From Squalus acanthias (Eukaryota), in the NCBI GenBank assembly GCA_030390025.1, contig JASTWF010000088.1, forward strand, positions 1,178,001 to 1,242,000: a stretch of 64,000 nucleotides of DNA, read 5' to 3'. The position numbers were made by a program, and so were the translations under genes. The notes under the pieces were generated by a model. The model ran no database searches and was not told the DNA's origin. It worked only from the letters and a program-made list of their open reading frames with translations. Within the stretch, counting starts at the first letter, position 1; each line of letters begins with the position of its first letter. Below, piece after piece: positions 36,001-48,000 of the stretch.

Positions 36001-39000
36001 GGGCTCTGTGTTGTGTTGTGTTGGGGTTGATTTCCAGGGGCTCTGTGTTGTGTTGTGTTGGGGTTGATTTCCAGGGGCTCTGTGTTGTGTTGTGTTGGGG
36101 TTGATTTCCAGGGGCTCTGTGTTGTGTTGGGTTTATTTCCAGGGGCTCTGTGTTGTGTTGTGTTGGGGTTGATTTCCAGGGGCTCTGTGTTGTGTTGTGT
36201 TGGGGTTGATTTCCAGGGGCTCTGTGTTGTGTTGTGTGGGTTGATTTCCAGGGGCTCTGTGTTGTGTTGGGGTTGATTTCCAGGGGCTCTGTGTTGTGTT
36301 GGGGTTGATTTCCAGGGGCTCCGTGTTGTGTTGGGGTTGATTTCCAGGGGCTCTGTGTTGTGTTGTGTTGGGGTTGATTTCCAGGGGCTCTCTGTGTTGT
36401 GTTGGGGTTGATTTCCAGGGGCTCTGTGTTGTGTTGTGTCGGGGTTGATTTCCAGGGGCTCTGTGTTGTGTTGTGTTGGGGTTGATTTCCAGGGGCTCTG
36501 TGTTGTGTTGGGGTTGATTTCCAGGGGCTCTGTGTTGTGTTGTGTTGGGGTTGATTTCCAGGGGCTCTGTGTTGTGTTGGGGTTGATTTCCAGGGGCTCT
36601 ATGTTGTGTTGTGTTGGGGTTGATTTCCAGGGGCTCTGTGTTGTGTCGGTGTTGATTTCCAGGGGCTCTGTGTTGTGTTGGGGTTGATTTCCAGGGGCTC
36701 TGTGTTGTGTTGTGTTGGGGTTGATTTCCAGGGGCTCTGTGTTGTGTTGTGTTGGGGTTGATTTCCAGGGGCTCTGTGTTGTGTTGGGGTTGATTTCCAG
36801 GGGCTCTGTGTTGTGTTGGGGTTGATTTCCAGGGGCTCTGTGTTGTGTTGTGTTGGGGTTGATTTCCAGGGGCTCTGTGTTGTGTTGAGTTGGGGTTGAT
36901 TTCCAGGGGCTCTGTGTTGTGTTGTGTTGGGGTTGATTTCCAGGGGCTCTGTGTTGTGTTGGGGTTGATTTCCAGGGGCTCTGTTGTGTTGGGGGTTGAT
37001 TTCCAGGGGCTCTGTGTTGTGTTGTGTTGGGGTTGATTTCCAGGGGCTCTGTGTTGTGTTGTGTTGGGGTTGATTTCCAGGGGCTCTGTGTTGTGTTGGG
37101 GTTGATTTCCAGGGGCTCTGTGTTGTGTTGGGGTTGATTTCCAGGGGCTCTGTGTTGTGTTGGGGTTGATTTCCAGGGGCTCTGTGTTGTGTTGTGTTGG
37201 GGTTGATTTCCAGGGGCTCTGTGTTGTGTTGGGGTTGATTTCCAGGGGCTCTGTGTTGTGTTGTGTTGGGGGTTGATTTCCAGGGGCTCTGTGTTGTGTT
37301 GTGTTGGGGTTGATTTCCAGGGGCTCTGTGTTGTGTTGGGGTTGATTTCCAGGGGCTCTGTGTTGTGTTGTGTTGGGGTTGATTTCCAGGGGCTCTGTGT
37401 TGTGTTGGGGTTGATTTCCAGGGGCTCTGTGTTGTGTTGGGGTTGATTTCCAGGGGCTCTGTGTTGTGTTGGGGTTGATTTCCAGGGGCTCTGTGTTGTG
37501 TTGTGTTGGGGTTGATTTCCAGGGGCTCTGTGTTGTGTTGGGGTTGATTTCCAGGGGCTCTGTGTTGTGTTGTGTTGGGGTTGATTTCCAGGGGCTCTGT
37601 GTTGTGTTGTGTTGGGGTTGATTTCCAGGGGCTCTGTGTTGTGTTGGGGTTGATTTCCAGGGGCTCTGTGTTGTGTTGTGTTGGGGTTGATTTCCAGGGG
37701 CTCTGTGTTGTGTTGTGTTGGGGTTGATTTCCAGGGGCTCTGTGTTGTGTTGGGGTTGAGTTCCAGGGGCTCTGTGTTGTGTTGTGTTGGGGTTGATTTC
37801 CAGGGGCTCTGTGTTGTGTTGGGGTTGATTTCCAGGGGCTCTGTGTTGTGTTGTGTTGGGGTTGATTTCCAGGGGCTCTGTGTTGTGTTGTGTTGTGTTG
37901 GGGTTGATTTCCAGGGCTCTGTGTTGTGTTGGGGTTGATTTCCAGGGGCTCTGTGTTGTGTTGTGTTGGGATTTATTTCCAGGGGCTCTGTGTTGTGTTG
38001 CAGTTGATTTCCAGGGGCTCTGTGTTGTGTTGTGTTGGGGTTGATTTCCAGGGGCTCTGTGTTGTGTTGTGTTGGGGTTGATTTCCAGGGGCTCTGTGTT
38101 GTGTTGTGTTTGGGTTGATTTCCAGGGGCTCTGTGTTGTGTTGTGTTGGGGTTGATTTCCAGGGGCTCTGTGTTGTGTTGTGTCGGGGTTGATTTCCAGG
38201 GGCTCTGTGTTGTGTTGTGTTGGGGTTGATTTCCAGGGGCTCTGTGTTGTGTTGTGTTGGGGTTGATTTCCAGGGGCTCTGTGTTGTTTTGGGGGTTGAT
38301 TTCCAGGGGCTCTGTGTTGTGTTGTGTTGGGGTTGATTTCCAGGGGCTCGGTGTTGTGTTGGGGTTGATTTCCAGGGGCTCTGTGTTGTGTTGGGGTTGA
38401 TTTCCAAGGGCTCTGTGTTGTGTTGTGTTGGGGTTGATTTCCAGGGGCTCTGTGTTGTGTTGTGTTGGGATTTATTTCCAGGGGCTCTGTGTTGTGTTGT
38501 GTTGGGGTTGATTTCCAGGGGCTCTGTGTTGTGTTGGGGTTGATTTCCAGGGGCTCTGTGTTGTGTTGGGGTTTATTTCCAGGGGCTCTGTGTTGTGTTG
38601 TGTTGTGTTGGGGTTGATTTCCAGGGGCTCTGTGTTGTGTTGTGTTGTGTTGGGGTTGATTTCCAGGGGCTCTGTGTTGTGTTGTGTTGTGTTGGGGTTG
38701 ATTTCCAGGGGCTCTGTGTTGTGTTGTGTTGGGGTTGATTTCCAGGGGCTCTGTGTTGTGTTGTGTTTATTTCCAGGGGCTCTGTGTTGTGTTGTGTTGT
38801 GTTGGGGTTTATTTCCAGGGGCTCTGTGTTGTGTTGTGTTGGGGTTGATTTCCAGGTGCTCTGTGTTGTGTTGTGTTGGGGTTGATTTCCAGGGGCTCTG
38901 TGTTGTGTTGGGGTTGATTTCCAGGGTCTCTGAGTTGTGTTGGGGTTGATTTCCAGGGTCTCCGTGTTGTGTTGGGGTTGATTTCCAGGGGCTCTGTGTT

Positions 39001-42000
39001 GTGTTGTGTTGGGGTTGATTTCCAGGGGCTCTCTGTGTTGTGTTGGGGTTGATTTCCAGGGGCTCTGTGTTGTGTTGTGTCGGGGTTGATTTCCAGGGGC
39101 TCTGTGTTGTGTTGTGTTGGGGTTGATTTCCAGGGGCTCTGTGTTGTGTTGGGGTTGATTTCCAGGGGCTCTGTGTTGTGTTGTGTTGGGGTTGATTTCC
39201 AGGGGCTCTGTGTTGTGTTGGGGTTGATTTCCAGGGGCTCTATGTTGTGTTGTGTTGGGGTTGATTTCCAGGGGCTCTGTGTTGTGTCGGTGTTGATTTC
39301 CAGGGGCTCTGTGTTGTGTTGGGGTTGATTTCCAGGGGCTCTGTGTTGTGTTGTGTTGGGGTTGATTTCCAGGGGCTCTGTGTTGTGTTGTGTTGGGGTT
39401 GATTTCCAGGGGCTCTGTGTTGTGTTGGGGTTGATTTCCAGGGGCTCTGTGTTGTGTTGGGGTTGATTTCCAGGGGCTCTGTGTTGTGTTGTGTTGGGGT
39501 TGATTTCCAGGGGCTCGGTGTTGTGTTGTGTTGGGGTTGATTTCCAGGGGCTCTGTGTTGTGTTGTGTTGGGGTTGATTTCCAGGGGCTCTGTGTTGTGT
39601 TGGGGTTGATTTCCAGGGGCTCTGTTGTGTTGGGGGTTATTTCCAGGGGCTCTGTGTTGTGTTGTGTTGGGGTTGATTTCCAGGGGCTCTGTGTTGTGTT
39701 GTGTTGGGGTTGATTTCCAGGGGCTCTGTGTTGTGTTGGGATTTATTTCCAGGGCTCTGTGTTGTGTTGCAGTTGATTTCCAGGGGCTCTGTGTTGTGTT
39801 GTGTTGGGGTTGATTTCCAGGGGCTCTGTGTTGTGTTGTGTTGGGGTTGATTTCCAGGGGCTCTGTGTTGTGTTGTGTTGGGGTTGATTTCCAGGGGCTC
39901 TGTGTTGTGTTGGGGTTGATTTCCAGGGGCTCTGTGTTGTGTTGGGGTTGATTTCCAGGGGCTCTGTGTTGTGTTGTGTTGGGGTTGATTTCCAGGGGCT
40001 CTGTGTTGTGTTGGGGTTGATTTCCAGGGGCTCTGTGTTGTGTTGTGTTGGGGTTGATTTCCAGGGGCTCTGTGTTGTGTTGTGTTGGGGTTGATTTCCA
40101 GGGGCTCTGTGTTGTGTTGGGGTTGATTTCCAGGGGCTCTGTGTTGTGTTGTGTTGGGGTTGATTTCCAGGGGCTCTGTGTTGTGTTGTGTTGGGGTTGA
40201 TTTCCAGGGGCTCTGTGTTGTGTTGGGGTTGATTTCCAGGGGCTCTGTGATGTGTTGTGTTGGGGTTGATTTCCAAGGGCTCTGTGTTGTGTTGGGGTTG
40301 ATTTCCAGGGGCTCTATGTTGTGTTGTGTTGGGGTTGATTTCCAGGGGCTCTGTGTTGTGTTGTGTTGGGGTTGATTTCCAGGGGCTCTGTGTTGTGTTG
40401 TGTTGGGGTTGATTTCCAGGGGCTCTGTGTTGTGTTGGGCTTGATTTCCAGGGGCTCTGTGTTGTGTTGGGGTTGATTTCCAGGGGCTCTGTGTTGTGTT
40501 TTGTTGGGGTTGATTTCCAGGGGCTCTGTGTTGTGTTGTGTTGGGGTTGATTTCCAGGGGCTCTGTGTTGTGTTGTGTCGGGGTTGATTTCCAGGGGCTC
40601 TGGGTTGTGTTGTTTTGGGGGTTATTTCCAGGGGCTCTGTGTTGTGTTGGGGTTGATTTCCAGGGTCTCTGTGTTGTGTTGGGGTTGATTTTCAGGGGCT
40701 CTGTGTTGTGTTGTGTTGGGCTTGATTTCCAGGGGCTCTGTGTTGTGTTGGGGTTGATTTCCAGGGGCTCTGTGTTGTGTTGGGGGTGATTTCCAGGGGC
40801 TCTGTGTTGTGTTGGGGTTGATTTCCAGGGGCTCTGTGTTGTGTTGTGTTGGGGTTGATTTCCAGGGGCTCTGTGTTGTGTTGTGTTGGGGGTTATTTCC
40901 AGGGGCTCTGTGTTGTGTTGGGCTTGATTTCCAGGGGCTCTGTGTTGTGTTGGGGTTGCTTTCCAGGGGCTCTGTGTTGTGTTGTGTTGGGGTTGATTTC
41001 CAGGGGCTCTGTGTTGTGTTGTGTTGGGGTTTATTTCCAGTGGCTCTGTGTTGTGTTGGGGTTGATTTCCAGGAGCTCTGTGTTGTGTCGGGGTTGATTT
41101 CCAGGGGCCCTGTGTTGTGTTGTGTTGGGGTTGATTTCCAGGGGCTCTGTGTTGTGTTGGGGTTGATTTCCAGGGGCTCTGTGTTGTGTTGTGTTGGGGT
41201 TGATTTCCAGGGTCTCTGTGTTGTGTTGGGGTTGATTTCCAGGGTCTCTGTGTTGTGTTGGGGTTGATTTCCAGGGGCTCTGTGTTGTGTTGTGTTGGGG
41301 TTGATTTCCAGGGGCTCTGTGTTGTGTTGTGTTGGGGTTGATTTCCAGGGGCTCTGTGTTGTGTTGTGTTGGGGTTGATCTCCAGGGGCTCTGTGTTGTG
41401 TTGGGGTTGATTTCCAGGGGCTCTGTGTTGTGTTGTGTTGAGGTTGATTTCCAGGGGCTCTGTGTTGTGTTGGTGTTGATTTCCAGGGGCTCTGTGTTGT
41501 GTTGGGGTTGATTTCCAGGGGCTCTGTGTTGTGTTGTGTTGGGGTTGATTTCCAGGGGCTCTGTGTTGTGTTGTGTTGGGGTTGATTTCCAGGGGCTCTG
41601 TGTTGTGTTGTGTTGGGATTGATTTCCAGGGGCTCTGTGTTGTGTTGTGTTGGGGTTGATTTCCAGGGGCTCTGTGTTGTGTTGTGTTGGGGTTGATTTC
41701 CAGGGGCTCTGTGTTGTGTTGGGGTTGATTTCCAGGGGCTCTGTGTTGTGTTGTGTTGGGGTTGATTTCCAGGGGCTCTCTGTGTTGTGTTGGGGTTGAT
41801 TTCCAGGGGCTCTGTGTTGTGTTGGGGTTGATTTCCAGGGCTCTGTGTTGTGTTGTGTTGGGGTTGATTTCCAGGGGCTCTGTGTTGCGTTGTGTTGGGG
41901 TTGATTTCCAGGGGCTCTGTGTTGTGTTGTGTTGGGGTTGATTTCCAGGGGCTCTGTGTTGTGTTGTGTTGGTGTTGATTTCCAGGGGCTCTGTGTTGTG

Positions 42001-45000
42001 TTGTGTTGATGTTGATTTCCAGGGGCTCTGTGTTGTGTTGTGTTGGGGTTGATTTCCAGGGGCTCTGTGTTGTGTTGTGTTGGGGTTGATTTCCAGGGGC
42101 TCTGTGTTGTGTTGTGTTGGGGTTGATTTCCAGGGGCTCTGTGTTGTGTTGTGTTGGGGTTGATTTCCAGGCTCTGTGTTGTGTTGTGTTGGGGTTGATT
42201 TCCAGGGGCTCTGTGTTGTGTTGGGGTTGATTTCCAGGGGCTCTGTGTTGTGTTGGGGTTGATTTCCAGGGGCTCTGTGTTGTGTTGTGTTGGGGTTGAT
42301 TTCCAGGGGCTCTCTGTGTTGTGTTGGGGTTGATTTCCAGGCTCTGTGTTGTGTTGTGTTGGGGTTGATTTCCAGGGGCTCCGTGTTGTGTCGGGGTTGA
42401 TTTCCAGGGGCTCTGTGTTGTGTTGTGTTGGGGTTGATTTCCAGGGGCTCTGTGTTGTGTTGTGTTGGGGTTGATTTCCATGGGGCTCTGTGTTGTGTTG
42501 TGTTGGGGTTTATTTCCAGGGGCTCTGTGTTGTGTTGGGGTTGATTTCCAGGGGCTCTGTGTTGTGTTGTGTTGGGGTTGATTTCCAGGGGCTCTGTGTT
42601 GTGTTGTGTTGGGGTTGATTTCCAGGGGCTCTGTGTTGTGTTGTGTTGGGGTTGATCTCCAGGGGCTCTGTGTTGTGTTGGGGTTGATTTCCAGGGGCTC
42701 TGTGTTGTGTTGTGTTGAGGTTGATTTCCAGGGGCTCTGTGTTGTGTTGGTGTTGATTTCCAGGGGCTCTGTGTTGTGTTGTGTTGGGGTTGATTTCCAG
42801 GGGCTCTGTGTTGTGTTGTGTTGGGGTTGATTTCCAGGGGCTCTGTGTTGTGTTGTGTTGGGGTTGATTTCCAGGGGCTCTGTGTTGTGTTGTGTTGGGA
42901 TTGATTTCCAGGGGCTCTGTGTTGTGTTGTGTTGGGGTTGATTTCCAGGGGCTCTGTGTTGTGTTGTGTTGGGGTTGATTTCCAGGGGCTCTGTGTTGTG
43001 TTGGGGTTGATTTCCAGGGGCTCTGTGTTGTGTTGTGTTGGGGTTGATTTCCAGGGGCTCTCTGTGTTGTGTTGGGGTTGATTTCCAGGGGCTCTGTGTT
43101 GTGTTGGGGTTGATTTCCAGGCTCTGTGTTGTGTTGTGTTGGGGTTGATTTCCAGGGGCTCTGTGTTGCGTTGTGTTGGGGTTGATTTCCAGGGGCTCTG
43201 TGTTGTGTTGTGTTGGGGTTGATTTCCAGGGGCTCTGTGTTGTGTTGTGTTGGTGTTGATTTCCAGGGGCTCTGTGTTGTGTTGTGTTGGGATTTATTTC
43301 CAGGGGCTCTGTGTTGTGTTGTGTTGGGGTTGATTTCCAGGGGCTCTGTGTTGTGTTGGGGTTGATTTCCAGGGGCTCTGTGTTGTGTTGGGGTTTATTT
43401 CCAGGGGCTCTGTGTTGTGTTGTGTTGTGTTGGGGTTGATTTCCAGGGGCTCTGTGTTGTGTTGTGTTGTGTTGGGGTTGATTTCCAGGGGCTCTGTGTT
43501 GTGTTGTGTTGTGTTGGGGTTGATTTCCAGGGGCTCTGTGTTGTGTTGTGTTGGGGTTGATTTCCAGGGGCTCTGTGTTGTGTTGTGTTGGGGTTGATTT
43601 CCAGGGGCTCTGTGTTGTGTTGTGTTGGGGTTGATTTCCAGGGGCTCTGTGTTGTGTTGTGTTTATTTCCAGGGGCTCTGTGTTGTGTTGTGTTGTGTTG
43701 GGGTTTATTTCCAGGGGCTCTGTGTTGTGTTGTGTTGGGGTTGATTTCCAGGTGCTCTGTGTTGTGTTGTGTTGGGGTTGATTTCCAGGGGCTCTGTGTT
43801 GTGTTGGGGTTGATTTCCAGGGTCTCTGTGTTGTGTTGGGGTTGATTTCCAGGGTCTCCGTGTTGTGTTGGGGTTGATTTCCAGGGGCTCTGTGTTGTGT
43901 TGTGTTGGGGTTGATTTCCAGGGGCTCTCTGTGTTGTGTTGGGGTTGATTTCCAGGGGCTCTGTGTTGTGTTGTGTCGGGGTTGATTTCCAGGGGCTCTG
44001 TGTTGTGTTGTGTTGGGGTTGATTTCCAGGGGCTCTGTGTTGTGTTGGGGTTGATTTCCAGGGGCTCTGTGTTGTGTTGTGTTGGGGTTGATTTCCAGGG
44101 GCTCTGTGTTGTGTTGGGGTTGATTTCCAGGGGCTCTATGTTGTGTTGTGTTGGGGTTGATTTCCAGGGGCTCTGTGTTGTGTCGGTGTTGATTTCCAGG
44201 GGCTCTGTGTTGTGTTGGGGTTGATTTCCAGGGGCTCTGTGTTGTGTTGTGTTGGGGTTGATTTCCAGGGGCTCTGTGTTGTGTTGGGGTTGATTTCCAG
44301 GGGCTCTGTGTTGTGTTGGGGTTGATTTCCAGGGGCTCTGTGTTGTGTTGTGTTGGGGTTGATTTCCAGGGGCTCTGTGTTGTGTTGTGTTTATTTCCAG
44401 GGGCTCTGTGTTGTGTTGTGTTGTGTTGGGGTTTATTTCCAGGGGCTCTGTGTTGTGTTGTGTTGGGGTTGATTTCCAGGTGCTCTGTGTTGTGTTGTGT
44501 TGGGGTTGATTTCCAGGGGCTCTGTGTTGTGTTGGGGTTGATTTCCAGGGTCTCTGTGTTGTGTTGGGGTTGATTTCCAGGGTCTCCGTGTTGTGTTGGG
44601 GTTGATTTCCAGGGGCTCTGTGTTGTGTTGTGTTGGGGTTGATTTCCAGGGGCTCTCTGTGTTGTGTTGGGGTTGATTTCCAGGGGCTCTGTGTTGTGTT
44701 GTGTCGGGGTTGATTTCCAGGGGCTCTGTGTTGTGTTGTGTTGGGGTTGATTTCCAGGGGCTCTGTGTTGTGTTGGGGTTGATTTCCAGGGGCTCTGTGT
44801 TGTGTTGTGTTGGGGTTGATTTCCAGGGGCTCTGTGTTGTGTTGGGGTTGATTTCCAGGGGCTCTATGTTGTGTTGTGTTGGGGTTGATTTCCAGGGGCT
44901 CTGTGTTGTGTCGGTGTTGATTTCCAGGGGCTCTGTGTTGTGTTGGGGTTGATTTCCAGGGGCTCTGTGTTGTGTTGTGTTGGGGTTGATTTCCAGGGGC

Positions 45001-48000
45001 TCTGTGTTGTGTTGTGTTGGGGTTGATTTCCAGGGGCTCTGTGTTGTGTTGGGGTTGATTTCCAGGGGCTCTGTGTTGTGTTGGGGTTGATTTCCAGGGG
45101 CTCTGTGTTGTGTTGTGTTGGGGTTGATTTCCAGGGGCTCGGTGTTGTGTTGAGTTGGGGTTGATTTCCAGGGGCTCTGTGTTGTGTTGTGTTGGGGTTG
45201 ATTTCCAGGGGCTCTGTGTTGTGTTGGGGTTGATTTCCAGGGGCTCTGTTGTGTTGGGGGTTATTTCCAGGGGCTCTGTGTTGTGTTGTGTTGGGGTTGA
45301 TTTCCAGGGGCTCTGTGTTGTGTTGTGTTGGGGTTGATTTCCAGGGGCTCTGTGTTGTGTTGGGGTTGATTTCCAGGGGCTCTGTGTTGTGTTGGGGTTG
45401 ATTTCCAGGGGCTCTGTGTTGTGTTGGGGTTGATTTCCAGGGGCTCTGTGTTGTGTTGTGTTGGGGTTGATTTCCAGGGGCTCTGTGTTGTGTTGGGGTT
45501 GATTTCCAGGGGCTCTGTGTTGTGTTGTGTTGGGGGTTGATTTCCAGGGGCTCTGTGTTGTGTTGTGTTGGGGTTGATTTCCAGGGGCTCTGTGTTGTGT
45601 TGGGGTTGATTTCCAGGGGCTCTGTGTTGTGTTGTGTTGGGGTTGATTTCCAGGGGCTCTGTGTTGTGTTGGGGTTGATTTCCAGGGGCTCTGTGTTGTG
45701 TTGGGGTTGATTTCCAGGGGCTCTGTGTTGTGTTGGGGTTGATTTCCAGGGGCTCTGTGTTGTGTTGTGTTGGGGTTGATTTCCAGGGGCTCTGTGTTGT
45801 GTTGGGGTTGATTTCCAGGGGCTCTGTGTTGTGTTGTGTTGGGGGTTGATTTCCAGGGGCTCTGTGTTGTGTTGTGTTGGGGTTGATTTCCAGGGGCTCT
45901 GTGTTGTGTTGGGGTTGATTTCCAGGGGCTCTGTGTTGTGTTGTGTTGGGGTTGATTTCCAGGGGCTCTGTGTTGTGTTGTGTTGGGGTTGATTTCCAGG
46001 GGCTCTGTGTTGTGTTGGGGTTGAGTTCCAGGGGCTCTGTGTTGTGTTGTGTTGGGGTTGATTTCCAGGGGCTCTGTGTTGTGTTGGGGTTGATTTCCAG
46101 GGGCTCTGTGTTGTGTTGTGTTGGGGTTGATTTCCAGGGGCTCTGTGTTGTGTTGTGTTGTGTTGGGGTTGATTTCCAGGGCTCTGTGTTGTGTTGGGGT
46201 TGATTTCCAGGGGCTCTGTGTTGTGTTGTGTTGGGATTTATTTCCAGGGGCTCTGTGTTGTGTTGCAGTTGATTTCCAGGGGCTCTGTGTTGTGTTGTGT
46301 TGGGGTTGATTTCCAGGGGCTCTGTGTTGTGTTGTGTTGGGGTTGATTTCCAGGGGCTCTGTGTTGTGTTGTGTTTGGGTTGATTTCCAGGGGCTCTGTG
46401 TTGTGTTGTGTTGGGGTTGATTTCCAGGGGCTCTGTGTTGTGTTGTGTCGGGGTTGATTTCCAGGGGCTCTGTGTTGTGTTGGGGTTGATTTCCAGGGGC
46501 TCTGTGTTGTGTTGTGTTGGGGTTGATTTCCAGGGGCTCTGTGTTGTTTTGGGGGTTGATTTCCAGGGGCTCTGTGTTGTGTTGTGTTGGGGTTGATTTC
46601 CAGGGGCTCGGTGTTGTGTTGGGGTTGATTTCCAGGGGCTCTGTGTTGTGTTGGGGTTGATTTCCAAGGGCTCTGTGTTGTGTTGTGTTGGGGTTGATTT
46701 CCAGGGGCTCTGTGTTGTGTTGTGTTGGGATTTATTTCCAGGGGCTCTGTGTTGTGTTGTGTTGGGGTTGATTTCCAGGGGCTCTGTGTTGTGTTGGGGT
46801 TGATTTCCAGGGGCTCTGTGTTGTGTTGGGGTTTATTTCCAGGGGCTCTGTGTTGTGTTGTGTTGGGGTTGATTTCCAGGGGCTCTGTGTTGTGTTGTGT
46901 TGGGGTTGATTTCCAGGGGCTCTGTGTTGTGTTGTGTTTGGGTTGATTTCCAGGGGCTCTGTGTTGTGTTGTGTTGGGGTTGATTTCCAGGGGCTCTGTG
47001 TTGTGTTGTGTCGGGGTTGATTTCCAGGGGCTCTGTGTTGTGTTGGGGTTGATTTCCAGGGGCTCTGTGTTGTGTTGTGTTGGGGTTGATTTCCAGGGGC
47101 TCTGTGTTGTTTTGGGGGTTGATTTCCAGGGGCTCTGTGTTGTGTTGTGTTGGGGTTGATTTCCAGGGGCTCGGTGTTGTGTTGGGGTTGATTTCCAGGG
47201 GCTCTGTGTTGTGTTGGGGTTGATTTCCAAGGGCTCTGTGTTGTGTTGTGTTGGGGTTGATTTCCAGGGGCTCTGTGTTGTGTTGTGTTGGGATTTATTT
47301 CCAGGGGCTCTGTGTTGTGTTGTGTTGGGGTTGATTTCCAGGGGCTCTGTGTTGTGTTGGGGTTGATTTCCAGGGGCTCTGTGTTGTGTTGGGGTTTATT
47401 TCCAGGGGCTCTGTGTTGTGTTGTGTTGTGTTGGGGTTGATTTCCAGGGGCTCTGTGTTGTGTTGTGTTGTGTTGGGGTTGATTTCCAGGGGCTCTGTGT
47501 TGTGTTGTGTTGTGTTGGGGTTGATTTCCAGGGGCTCTGTGTTGTGTTGTGTTGGGGTTGATTTCCAGGGGCTCTGTGTTGTGTTGTGTTTATTTCCAGG
47601 GGCTCTGTGTTGTGTTGTGTTGTGTTGGGGTTTATTTCCAGGGGCTCTGTGTTGTGTTGTGTTGGGGTTGATTTCCAGGTGCTCTGTGTTGTGTTGTGTT
47701 GGGGTTGATTTCCAGGGGCTCTGTGTTGTGTTGGGGTTGATTTCCAGGGTCTCTGAGTTGTGTTGGGGTTGATTTCCAGGGTCTCCGTGTTGTGTTGGGG
47801 TTGATTTCCAGGGGCTCTGTGTTGTGTTGTGTTGGGGTTGATTTCCAGGGGCTCTCTGTGTTGTGTTGGGGTTGATTTCCAGGGGCTCTGTGTTGTGTTG
47901 TGTCGGGGTTGATTTCCAGGGGCTCTGTGTTGTGTTGTGTTGGGGTTGATTTCCAGGGGCTCTGTGTTGTGTTGGGGTTGATTTCCAGGGGCTCTGTGTT

